Program-made: the position numbers and the translations under genes | DNA from: Dyella monticola | Lineage (GTDB): Bacteria; Pseudomonadota; Gammaproteobacteria; Xanthomonadales; Rhodanobacteraceae | Assembly (NCBI RefSeq): GCF_003363155.1 | Contig: NZ_QRBE01000001.1 | Coordinates: forward strand, 801,325-825,324 | DNA: 24,000 bases | Direction of reading: 5' to 3' | Notes under the pieces: model-generated | The model's input: the letters and a program-made list of their open reading frames with translations, nothing else | The model's database searches: none | Told to the model about the DNA's origin: nothing | Shown here: positions 1 through 7,848 of the stretch, in pieces | Layout of the letters: every line of letters begins with the position of its first letter | How positions within the stretch are numbered: the stretch's first letter is position 1

Positions 1-1
1 G

Positions 2-610
2 GTGCATGGCATGGTGCAGACCGTCTTGCAGCCCCACACCTATGGCGGTGACAGCCTGCCGCTCGGCGTGCGAGTGAACGTGCAAGATCGGCTGGAAGTC
101 ATGGCACCGGACTGGCCGGAATCGCTTGCCGCCGTGGCATTGCACACGTTGCAGGAAGTCGCGGGCGAAGCGTTGCCGCATAACAGCGCCGAACTGTTCG
201 CCGTGCTGCTGGCGAAATCGCAAGACGCGCTGGTGCGGTTGCTGGCCGTGTGCGTTGCGGCCACGGTGGACGTGGTGACGCCACGCGCTGCGCCGTACCA
301 GCCCGGCGCGGAACTGGCGCAGGCCGTGCGGCTGGACATGGCCGCATGGTGGAAACCGACAGCGGAAGGTTATTTCCGCCACGTTTCGAAGGCGGTGATT
401 CTGGCGGCGGTGGAGCAGTTCGCGCCCTCGCACGTTGCCCGGCTGTCCAAGCTCAAGAAGGCCGACATTGCCAGCGAAGCCGAACGGCTGGTCGAGGGCA
501 CGAGCTGGATGCCCGCCGTGTTCCAGACCGAGCACCACACGGAGCCAGAAGGCGTACAGGATGCGGCGAGCGACGACGACGCGGCGGAAACCCACGTGCT
601 GGCCGCGTGA
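2..610 (+). CDS. C-terminal part of a large ParB-like (ParB/Srx N-terminal domain family) ICE protein; 5' end lies outside the window
   Basis: The ORF is open to the window edge, has high GC3 and an acidic tail. The segment ...AEGYFRHVSKAVILAAVEQFAPSHVARLSKLKKADIASEAERL...TSWMPAVF resembles C-termini of ICE ParB-like proteins that precede DUF736 genes. Product assignment is from memory of homologs only. Confidence 0.55.
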   Translation: MHGMVQTVLQPHTYGGDSLPLGVRVNVQDRLEVMAPDWPESLAAVALHTLQEVAGEALPHNSAELFAVLLAKSQDALVRLLAVCVAATVDVVTPRAAPYQPGAELAQAVRLDMAAWWKPTAEGYFRHVSKAVILAAVEQFAPSHVARLSKLKKADIASEAERLVEGTSWMPAVFQTEHHTEPEGVQDAASDDDAAETHVLAA

Positions 611-622
611 TGATGAAGCATG

Positions 623-653
623 GCCCCGGCGCGATATGCGCCGGGGCTTTCCT
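623..653 (+). terminator. Rho-independent terminator-like hairpin after the ParB-like gene
   Basis: Perfect 10-bp stem GCCCCGGCGC (623-632) / GCGCCGGGGC (638-647) with a 5-nt loop, followed by TTTCCTC. It lies 13 nt after the stop codon. Confidence 0.55.
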
Positions 654-704
654 CAAACCGGGCACGGCAGGTCTGCCGCGCCCGGTTTCAACGTGCAGCA
701 AAAT

Positions 705-742
705 CGCCCCATCGCCGCCTTTGACCAGGCGGCGATGGGGCG
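705..742 (-). terminator. Strong hairpin, plausibly the terminator for the minus-strand small ORF at 838-1092
   Basis: Perfect 15-bp stem CGCCCCATCGCCGCC (705-719) / GGCGGCGATGGGGCG (728-742) with an 8-nt loop. Read on the minus strand it is followed by ATTTTG. Confidence 0.4.
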
Positions 743-837
743 CGCGCGCAACAGCCCTGCGACACGGCCATCGGTGCCCGCTGGCGCGGGCAAGGTTTCG
801 ACGGCGCCTCGCCGCAACGGGCGGGGCTTGTGCGGGG

Positions 838-1092
838 CTACGCCCCGGCTTGCTGCGACAGGTTGTGCGAAAGCGTGCCGTCCTCGACGCTGACAATTCG
901 TCGCCCGCACGTCACGAAGGACGGTTCACCGACACGCCGCCCGGCCTTGCTTATGGAGCTTCCACGCCACGCCTCAAGCAGCAGACCGCAGGTTACGGCA
1001 GGGGCGTTCTCGCCTGTCGTTGGGGTGTTGACCTTGCCCGCGTCAGGACGCAAGCCGGTGCAGCCGTCTCGCAGCGATGCCGAGTTAGTCAT
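838..1092 (-). CDS. Small hypothetical protein (84 aa), divergent from the DUF736 gene
   Basis: The minus-strand ATG at 1092 is preceded by a strong SD (GAAAGGAGAC-ATG). GC3 is about 74%, lower than backbone genes. A downstream hairpin lies at 742-705. No recognisable family, so it could be spurious. Confidence 0.3.
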   Translation of the reverse strand: MTNSASLRDGCTGLRPDAGKVNTPTTGENAPAVTCGLLLEAWRGSSISKAGRRVGEPSFVTCGRRIVSVEDGTLSHNLSQQAGA

Positions 1093-1361
1093 GTCTCCTT
1101 TCGGGACAGGCGGCCCGTGCGTCCTTGTTTGTTGTGAATCCTGGTGGGGGCGCGGCTGCGCCTTGGGCTTCATGGCTGCAACCGTGCGGCGAAAACAATT
1201 TCCCCGCCGCTGCACGGCTTCCTCGCGGGACAAATTCTTTTCGCCTTCCGGTTCTCCACTGCGTTACGACCGCAAGCGGTGCATCCCGCCCATCCCCCGC
1301 CGGCCGGATCACAACAAGGACGCACTGGCGCGACCTTGGTTCACCGAAAGGAGAAAGCATC

Positions 1362-1679
1362 ATGGCTAACATCGGCACCTTCACCGCAGAGAAAGACGGC
1401 TTCACCGGCACGCTGCGCACCCTGACGCTCAACGTCAAGCTTAAGCTGGTTCCCAACGATAAAGGCGACAGCGAGAACGCCCCCGACTTCCGCGTGCAGG
1501 CGGCGGGTCATGACATCGGCGCAGCGTGGAAGAAAATCAGCAAGGCCGATCGGCCCTACGTGTCCGTGACCCTCGATGATCCTTCGTTCCCGGCAACGGT
1601 GTATGCCCGCTTGATCGAGAACGAGGACGATGGCACGCATGACCTGATCTGGTCGCGCAGCAAGCCGCAGGCGGACTAA
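1362..1679 (+). CDS. DUF736 domain-containing protein
   Basis: MANIGTFTAEKDGFTGTLRTLTLNVKLKLVPNDKGDSENAPDFRV... is the typical DUF736 N-terminus. An SD (AAAGGAGA) sits 8 nt upstream of the ATG, and a terminator follows. Confidence 0.9.
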   Translation: MANIGTFTAEKDGFTGTLRTLTLNVKLKLVPNDKGDSENAPDFRVQAAGHDIGAAWKKISKADRPYVSVTLDDPSFPATVYARLIENEDDGTHDLIWSRSKPQAD

Positions 1680-1691
1680 CCATCGCCCACC

Positions 1692-1720
1692 GCGCCCCGC
1701 CCTCGTGGCGGGGCGCTTTC
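1692..1720 (+). terminator. Rho-independent terminator after DUF736
   Basis: Perfect 10-bp GC stem GCGCCCCGCC (1692-1701) / GGCGGGGCGC (1707-1716) with a 5-nt loop, then TTTC. Confidence 0.7.
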
Positions 1721-1995
1721 CGGTGAGGAGCCGCTGCCGCCAGGCGGTCACGATGCTGCTCTTGCGTTCTACGACTGCTTTGTATTCGGTTGTAGAGCCG
1801 CAGATGCCTCGTTCCGTGATGGTCCATCTTCGCTGCGCTTGGTGTTTGCTAAAGTGCGTATACGCTCGCTTTTTTGGGTAGCCAATTGCTGATCGCCGAA
1901 CTCGCTCGTCGACTCAGTCCGGATAGAGCGGGGATATATGGCGGACCTTTGGATCCGCCTATGCAGCAATTAGATTATTCAAGGAACCTCTATCG

Positions 1996-2553
1996 ATGCG
2001 GGAAGAATGGATCAAGAACTCACAGGATATTGCGGGTCACAAACGTGCGTTTCGAAATTCACACAAGGTTTTTAGTGTGGTTCTCCGCATGCTTCATGAA
2101 TCAGGTTGGTGTGGTGCTTGTCATGCGTCGTCAGCAATTACGCATATAGCCCTCCAAGAGCTAGGAGTCGACAATGTTCTCGTCTTAGGCGAGGCGGTTA
2201 TTGGTCCAGCATATTTCGACCATTCTTGGATTGAGGTTCAATCCAAGCCGATAGATTCGGCTATATCCATTCCATTAAACCGGGAACTTTCTGCAAACCC
2301 TGTCTTTCTCGGCATGGATGTGGATACAAAGTTACCGACTAAGGTCATATATCGAGCCAGCACCAGTGTGCTCGATGATGATGCAAAATTGGTAGCTGAT
2401 AACGACCTTGGGTGGTATTTTGAGAACTTTAATTTTAATTCTTCCGGTTTTTTTGAGCCACTAATGATGGTTGTGAGAGATCTAGGGATAAGAAAAAGCG
2501 AAGAAGAGATCTGCCGTAAATACTCTTCAGTACGGTGGACTAGAAAAACCTAA
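1996..2553 (+). CDS. Hypothetical protein with a papain/transglutaminase-like Cys-His-Asp signature (McjB/Transglut_core3-like arrangement)
   Basis: 185-aa ORF in a low-GC island. The motif GWCGAC(42)HASSAITHIALQELG puts a Cys at a helix N-terminus, followed by a GVDNVLVLGEAV strand, then YFDH(76)SWIEV and KPID(87)SAI. This mirrors the G-x-C...H-[AS]-W-[VI]-E...D pattern of transglutaminase-like cysteine peptidases. The SD is weak (AAGGA). Confidence 0.65.
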   Translation: MREEWIKNSQDIAGHKRAFRNSHKVFSVVLRMLHESGWCGACHASSAITHIALQELGVDNVLVLGEAVIGPAYFDHSWIEVQSKPIDSAISIPLNRELSANPVFLGMDVDTKLPTKVIYRASTSVLDDDAKLVADNDLGWYFENFNFNSSGFFEPLMMVVRDLGIRKSEEEICRKYSSVRWTRKT

Positions 2554-2621
2554 GAATTCATTCAAGGCGAACGCCGTTCGGCGCCGCCAAATTCCGGCGT
2601 TGGTTTCTCCTGCAGGTACCC

Positions 2622-3479
2622 ATGCGCACCTATCAGGACGTAATAGATACCCGTTCAATCAAACACGTTCTAAGTCTGCTCCCGGACTACTGGGTGATCC
2701 GTGAGCTCACCGAGCGTGACTACGGCATTGACCTAATTGTCGAAATCTTCGAAAAGATTGGGACAAATAAGCACGGCCATGACGTGTTTGATTCAACAGG
2801 CGCTGTGTTTCACGCTCAAGTAAAGGGGACGGCGTCAGCGCTCGAACCGAAGAAGGATGGCAATTTCAGTTTTCAACTTGACAAGGGCGCGCTGCTCTAT
2901 GCAGAGCGGTTCTCCACTCCATTCATGTTATTCCGAGTGGATGTTTCCTCAAGTAGCGCAAAATCGTATTTCTTATGGATTCAACGCTATGTTAAGGATG
3001 TGCTCGAGTTAGAGAGACCTGCGTGGAGAACCGAAGCGCAAGAGTCGTTCTCCCTGGACATACCGCCGCACAACGAGATTGTTTCAGGGCTGAAAAAGAT
3101 TGAAAAAATTGCTTCGAGACCGCGTCTGATCGAGGAAACAGTAGAGTTCTGCGAGAGCTATCTCCACCTCTCGAGCCAGCTCGATGCCGTGTCACATGGC
3201 CAGCTCAACGTAAATGTTGCTTCTTTGAAGGGCATGAAACTTTTGGCAAGACAGATCAATAATTTGAAGGTCATCTTCAAGTACAACGATTGCTGCATAG
3301 ATAGATCATGCGCGACGGAGCTATTGTCTTTCGTCGATTCGCTTGATCTGACGAGCAACCCTTCCGCCTTTTCGAATTTTCCGCACCGAGACAACTTCAA
3401 TCTTCTTGCAAGCAGCCTCAATGCGCTTGCAAGTGTGGAGAACTTCATTGCAGAAAATGAGGATGATACGGCCTATTGA
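2622..3479 (+). CDS. DUF4365-like PD-(D/E)xK nuclease-fold protein with an unassigned helical C-terminal half
   Basis: 285-aa ORF in the same low-GC island. The N-terminal motifs RELTERD(33)YGID(37)LIVE(41) ... FHAQ(66)VK(68)GT match the DUF4365 / restriction-endonuclease-like core. The C-terminal 150 aa or so has no motif I recognise. Confidence 0.75.
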   Translation: MRTYQDVIDTRSIKHVLSLLPDYWVIRELTERDYGIDLIVEIFEKIGTNKHGHDVFDSTGAVFHAQVKGTASALEPKKDGNFSFQLDKGALLYAERFSTPFMLFRVDVSSSSAKSYFLWIQRYVKDVLELERPAWRTEAQESFSLDIPPHNEIVSGLKKIEKIASRPRLIEETVEFCESYLHLSSQLDAVSHGQLNVNVASLKGMKLLARQINNLKVIFKYNDCCIDRSCATELLSFVDSLDLTSNPSAFSNFPHRDNFNLLASSLNALASVENFIAENEDDTAY

Positions 3480-3966
3480 GGGTGGCTAACTTAGGCGCGG
3501 GTGATTAGCCCCAATACGGGCTTCTCGTCATCGGCAGCAACGGGTCGATAAGGACGGACATCCATCGTTAGTCAGATTGGCGTTACAAGCTCGCGCCGAG
3601 ATTGACCTATTTTCTCATTGAGAGGATGGGCCGTATGAGTTGCCTTGGACGGCGCGGCCTCGGTCGTCGCCGGTCGGTGGCGACATGTAGAAACGGACTG
3701 GCGCGCCTTTGTCAGTTTGAAAATTTGCGTGCATGCGTAATCGTGAGAGGGCTGATATGAGCTCATCCGCATCGGCATTTTTACGTTTTGCTGGATGTGT
3801 GGTGATGCGCATTCGTATTTCTGCACGAACGCACGAAGCCGGATGGATGGATGCGCGTATTTGTCCAGACGCGCGTGCACGCGTCGACGATTGCGTGCGT
3901 ACCTGCATTGACACAGACGAAGCGGATACTCAGGGAAGCGATCCTTGCTGGGGGGAAGCCGTGACC

Positions 3967-4314
3967 ATGCCTTTCGTCATTACTGACGATGAGCGTGCGC
4001 AACTGCGCGCCAACGGCCGCGCCCGCGCCACCGCACCGGACTTCGATCCGATGCCGGTCGTCAAGCTGTTCACCCCGGACGCGCACGCCATCTGGCTGCT
4101 GGCCGCGCTCGATCCGATCGATGGCGACACGGCTTGGGGTTTATGTGATGTGGGCATCGGCATGCCTGAATTGAATACGGTGCGGCTGTCTGGTCTGGCG
4201 TCCATCGTCGGCCCACGGAACCAGCCGGTCCTGCGTGACCGCTATTTCCGGGCGATACAGCCCCTTTCGGCATACACCCGACTGGCGAAGCGCCATGGCT
4301 CGATCCTCGATTAA
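3967..4314 (+). CDS. DUF2958 domain-containing protein
   Basis: MPFVITDDERAQLRANG...PVVKLFTPDAHAIWLLAALDPIDGDTAWGLCDVGIGMPELNTVRLSGL is the typical DUF2958 core. The ORF is open upstream to 3733, but the conserved family N-terminus begins at this ATG. Confidence 0.85.
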   Translation: MPFVITDDERAQLRANGRARATAPDFDPMPVVKLFTPDAHAIWLLAALDPIDGDTAWGLCDVGIGMPELNTVRLSGLASIVGPRNQPVLRDRYFRAIQPLSAYTRLAKRHGSILD

Positions 4315-4655
4315 CCGTTGCCCGGGATGGGCCCATCCGGCCACCGGCAAGCCCGTCGCACTGTGTCTATTTGGGTCTGATATGAGACCGGTTGGGCATC
4401 AATCAGGATTGCTGCACGGTGACGGCGCGGCCAGACCCAAAGCGCCACGATCGCTTCGTCGGCTGTCTGCACGCTAGCGTGTACCGCGCGAAGAGCCGTG
4501 CGCGCGACAATCGCACTCGGACGCCTCACGCAAGAGGCCGGAGCCAAACGGTCTTGATGTTCGCGGCGTTTCACCGATCGCCGTGACGCTTTGGCGATCG
4601 TCCGCGCCGGTTCGTGGACACAGCGATGCTCTGTGTTGTCGCAGGAGTTCGCGTC

Positions 4656-5429
4656 ATGACCGTTTCCTACCATGTCCCCTGGCGTCCCAGCGCCGCCTAT
4701 CTCTACGTGCTGCACCTGGATGCGCCGGCGCTCGCTTGGGAATACTTGCGCCGTAACCCTGACTACCGGCGCGACTGGCTGCGCCACCATGCTCGTACCC
4801 GCGCCGTCGCGCAGCGATGGGGCTTGTACGGGTTGGAGAACCCGGGCCTGGATGCGCGCGACGCGCATCCGGCCTGGCGCCTTGAGCCGGCGGGCGTCGT
4901 GCAGCTCCATCTCGATCTGGCGCCGACCGACGATACCCCGCTGTTCGACCTTTGGGCCATTGCGGGTCACAAACACGTATTCCACGGCGGCCGGCATTTG
5001 GCGTTCAGCGCTTGGTGGCCGGGACACTGGCGGCGCTTTGCGCTCGCCCCAGCGCTGGCGCACGGCATGCCCTACGTCCGCGCCGTTCACGACGGCGATT
5101 CCAGGTATCCGCCCCCGGCCCGAGAGGCGGCGTCGCGGGCCGCGTGGGCGTGCAGCAGCACGCGGCCCGGTCGCGCGGCGTGGCTGGAAGTGCACACCCT
5201 GCAGGCGCTGGACGCGACGCTGGCGGGCGCTACGTTGCGCGACCTCGCCGAGGCGCTGGTGGGGCCGGCCATCGTCGCGACCGACTGGCATGCCGACAGC
5301 GCATTGCGTGCCCGCGTGCGCCGGCTAACGCAACGCGGCACCGTGCTGATGCGTGGCGGCTATCGCCGTCTGCTCCAGCACGCGCGGGCCGCACAGGGAC
5401 GTTTCCACGACCCTGCAAAACGTCCCTGA
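4656..5429 (+). CDS. DUF2285-type transcriptional regulator (N-terminal WEYLRRNPDYRRDW motif, C-terminal HTH-like segment)
   Basis: The motifs LAWEYLRRNPDYRRDW and ...LQALDATLAGATLRDLAEALVG...RRLTQRGTVLMRGGYRRLL match this family. The start was chosen at ATG 4656, which has an upstream GCAGGAG SD. The same ORF is also open from GTG 4614. Confidence 0.8.
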   Translation: MTVSYHVPWRPSAAYLYVLHLDAPALAWEYLRRNPDYRRDWLRHHARTRAVAQRWGLYGLENPGLDARDAHPAWRLEPAGVVQLHLDLAPTDDTPLFDLWAIAGHKHVFHGGRHLAFSAWWPGHWRRFALAPALAHGMPYVRAVHDGDSRYPPPAREAASRAAWACSSTRPGRAAWLEVHTLQALDATLAGATLRDLAEALVGPAIVATDWHADSALRARVRRLTQRGTVLMRGGYRRLLQHARAAQGRFHDPAKRP

Positions 5430-5512
5430 GCAAGCCGCCGTTCTTCCCCAAGACTGCTTCCATCCGGCGGCGCTGTCACTGCCGGCGCTCTTAACCGATG
5501 GAGATTCCCCCT

Positions 5513-5809
5513 ATGCGACCCGCTCCCGCACGGCCCTCTGCCGTCGACACCGTTACCCCACAACCTGCTGTAACCGCCCAACCACCACGCTACCTGACCA
5601 ACGACGAGGCCGCCCACTACCTGCGGCTGTCGCCGCGCACGCTGGAGAAGCAGCGCGTGCTGGGTGGCGGCCCACGCTTTCGCAAGTTCGGCCGCCGCGT
5701 CATGTACGCGGCCGCCGACCTGGACGCCTGGGCCGATCAGCGCAGTTTCGAGGCCACGTCCGATCCGGAGTACGCCGAGCACCACTCGGCGGACAGCCGT
5801 GCACGCTGA
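5513..5809 (+). CDS. Helix-turn-helix DNA-binding protein (AlpA/excisionase/MerR-like)
   Basis: YLTNDEAAHYLRLSPRTLEKQRVLGGGPRFRKFGRRVMYAAADLDAWA is a typical excisionase-type HTH. ATG 5513 has GGAG 9 nt upstream; the alternative start ATG 5498 lacks an SD. Confidence 0.8.
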   Translation: MRPAPARPSAVDTVTPQPAVTAQPPRYLTNDEAAHYLRLSPRTLEKQRVLGGGPRFRKFGRRVMYAAADLDAWADQRSFEATSDPEYAEHHSADSRAR

Positions 5810-5835
5810 GCGGCGGTGCGCGGGCGGCCCTCACC

Positions 5836-6678
5836 ATGTCCCGTTCGTCGCAGCCATCCGGGCAGCGATCCTCGCCCGCGGACGAGCAGCTTGCGCTGTT
5901 CCGCGCGCTGCCCGGCGACATGGCGCCGCGCGACAGCCAGGACTTGATGGCGTTCCCGTTCTTCTCGCTGGCGAAGTCACGGCGCATGACGCCGATCGAC
6001 TTTCGCACCGGTGGCGTGACGATCCGTGTGGAAGGGACAGCCGAGCATGGCATCGCCACCATTTGGGATGCGGACATTTTGATTTGGGCCGCGAGTCAAA
6101 TCGTCGAAGCCCGCGATGCGGGCATTCCGACCTCGCGGCTGATGCAGGCCACGCCGTACGAGATTCTGCGCTTCATCGGGCGCGGTACGTCGCTGCACGA
6201 CTACCAGCGCCTAAAGGCGGCGCTGGATCGCCTGCAATCGACCACGGTGGCGACGTCGATCCGGGAGATGACCGGGCGACGCCTGCATCGCTTCTCCTGG
6301 ATCAACGAGTGGAAGGAACGCGCCGATGCGCGCGGCACACCGCTGGGCATCGAACTGATCCTCCCGGATTGGTTCTACGCAGGCGTGCTCGATGCAGCGT
6401 GGGTGCTGACCATCGACCCGGCGTATTTCCGGCTCACCGGCGGCCTCGAACGCTGGCTCTATCGTCTGGTACGCAAGCACGGCGGACGTCAGTCCGCCGG
6501 TTGGCGGTTCGACTTCCGGCACCTGTATCGCAAGTCCGGCAGCGCGACGCGCTACTCGGATTTTGCCTACGACCTGCGCGCCCTGGTGACGCGGCAGTCG
6601 CTGCCGGGTTATGTGCTGCGCATCGAACGCGTGCCGGACGATGGCACGGAGTGGCTGACGTTCCGGCCCGTGCCGTAG
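5836..6678 (+). CDS. repA: Replication initiator protein A (RepA, RPA family)
   Basis: LFRALPGDMAPRDSQDLMAFPFFSLAKSRR...IWDADILIWAASQIVEARDAG...RLHRFSWINEW...WLYRLVRKHGG matches the RepA/RPA family. The long upstream extension of this ORF (from 5353) overlaps the HTH gene in another frame and was discarded. Confidence 0.9.
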   Translation: MSRSSQPSGQRSSPADEQLALFRALPGDMAPRDSQDLMAFPFFSLAKSRRMTPIDFRTGGVTIRVEGTAEHGIATIWDADILIWAASQIVEARDAGIPTSRLMQATPYEILRFIGRGTSLHDYQRLKAALDRLQSTTVATSIREMTGRRLHRFSWINEWKERADARGTPLGIELILPDWFYAGVLDAAWVLTIDPAYFRLTGGLERWLYRLVRKHGGRQSAGWRFDFRHLYRKSGSATRYSDFAYDLRALVTRQSLPGYVLRIERVPDDGTEWLTFRPVP

Positions 6679-6717
6679 GCGGCACGGGGATAACGCGTGG
6701 ACAAGCGGTGCATAGCC

Positions 6718-6784
6718 TCGTGCTATCAGGCGTATCCGCTATCGTGCTATCGGGAGTACGCCACTCGTGCTATCAGGAGTACGC
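6718..6784 (+). repeat. Three iteron-like direct repeats (core TCGTGCTATC[A/G]GG) between repA and parA
   Basis: Copies lie at 6718-6730, 6742-6754 and 6765-6777, with 23-24 bp spacing. The last two extend to 20 nt (TCGTGCTATCgGGAGTACGC / TCGTGCTATCaGGAGTACGC). A hairpin at 6667-6688 spans the repA stop, and a palindrome AACAGT-A-ACTGTT lies at 6845-6857. Confidence 0.6.
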
Positions 6785-6961
6785 ATCCGCCGCAATCCCT
6801 ATAACGGCGCGCGTTTTCGCACCCGCTAACTTCTCTAACGTAAAAACAGTAACTGTTAGTAGAGCCACGCTGTCGCGGTGGACAACCACTGTCGACAGGC
6901 AATGGCAACGTGGTTTTGCGCGTCAGAGAAAGGCCGGCTTTCCAGTCGGGAAGGCCGCGCC

Positions 6962-7600
6962 ATGATCGTGGCCTTGCTCAACCAGAAAGGCGGCGCGGGC
7001 AAGACCACGCTCGCCACGCACATCGCCGGCGAGCTGGCGATGCGTGGTCAATCGGTCATTCTGCTGGACGCCGATCCCCAAGGCTCCGCGCTGGACTGGA
7101 CGCAGCGCCGAAGTCAGCAGGGTCTTCCACGCTTATTCGGTGCCGTGGGCCTCGCGCGCGAGACGCTGCATCGGGAGGCGCCCGAACTCGCGCGGCGCAG
7201 TGATCACATCGTCATTGATGGCCCACCACGCATCGCCGCGCTGGCGCGCTCGGCGCTCCTCGCAGCCGATCGTGTCCTGATCCCGGTGCAACCCAGCCCC
7301 TACGACCTGTGGGCGTCGGCCGAGATGGTGGCGCTGGTGCGCGAGGCACAGGTATTTCGGCCTGCGCTGCGCGCGGCCTTCGTCATCAACCGGCGTGTCA
7401 GCACAACGATCATCGGCCGTGAAGCACGCGGTGCGCTCGCCGAACAGCCACTGCCGGCACTGCGAGCGGAGGTGCGTCAACGCATCATCTTCGCCGACAG
7501 CGTGGCCGCGGGTCGGCTCGCCTGCGAAACGGTGCCGGACAGTGCTGCTGCGCGTGAGATCGCGGCGCTGACGGATGAAGTGCTGCGGTGGCCGCTATGA
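6962..7600 (+). CDS. parA: ParA family partition ATPase
   Basis: MIVALLNQKGGAGKTTLATHIA...ILLDADPQGSALDW carries the deviant Walker A motif KGGAGKTT. Confidence 0.95.
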   Translation: MIVALLNQKGGAGKTTLATHIAGELAMRGQSVILLDADPQGSALDWTQRRSQQGLPRLFGAVGLARETLHREAPELARRSDHIVIDGPPRIAALARSALLAADRVLIPVQPSPYDLWASAEMVALVREAQVFRPALRAAFVINRRVSTTIIGREARGALAEQPLPALRAEVRQRIIFADSVAAGRLACETVPDSAAAREIAALTDEVLRWPL

Positions 7601-7848
7601 CCGACGCACGTGCCAAGCGCATCGCCATCGGCGCGCGTCCACCGGCGAATCCGCACGCCGAGGCATGGATTCGCCAGGGCGACGGCGATGTGCTCCAGAA
7701 AGGCGATCTCTACACCGCACGCCTGACCCTCGACATCACGCCCGCGCTGCGCGCGCGCATCAAGGTCGCTGCGTTCACGCAAGGCGTGACGGTGGCGGAG
7801 CTGCTGCGCGCATTGCTGGAACAAGCCTTTCCGGAGGACATGCCGTGA
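7597..7848 (+). CDS. Ribbon-helix-helix partition/regulatory protein (ParG-like)
   Basis: ATGA overlap with the parA stop. The C-terminal RLTLDITPALRARIKVAAFTQGVTVAELLRALLEQ fits a beta-strand, helix, helix RHH pattern. Confidence 0.7.
   Translation: MTDARAKRIAIGARPPANPHAEAWIRQGDGDVLQKGDLYTARLTLDITPALRARIKVAAFTQGVTVAELLRALLEQAFPEDMP

Noticed and set aside
250-1137. 295-aa + strand ORF overlapping the ParB-like tail and both terminator hairpins
   Set aside because: It is out of frame with the supported gene, crosses two strong hairpins, and has extreme R/G/A composition.
4311-5291. 326-aa minus-strand ORF antisense to the DUF2285 gene
   Set aside because: It is a shadow ORF typical of high-GC DNA, with R/A/P/G-rich composition, no motifs and no SD. 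The sense strand encodes a recognisable family.
6718-6784. Possibility that the TCGTGCTATC repeats are a mini CRISPR array
   Set aside because: There are only three copies, the repeats are 13-20 nt with spacers of about 4-11 nt, and no cas genes are present. The geometry fits iterons or protein-binding sites, not CRISPR.
5664-6965. 433-aa + strand ORF in an alternative frame across repA and the iteron region
   Set aside because: It overlaps the clearly recognisable RepA frame, runs through the non-coding repeats, and has arginine/alanine-rich composition without motifs.
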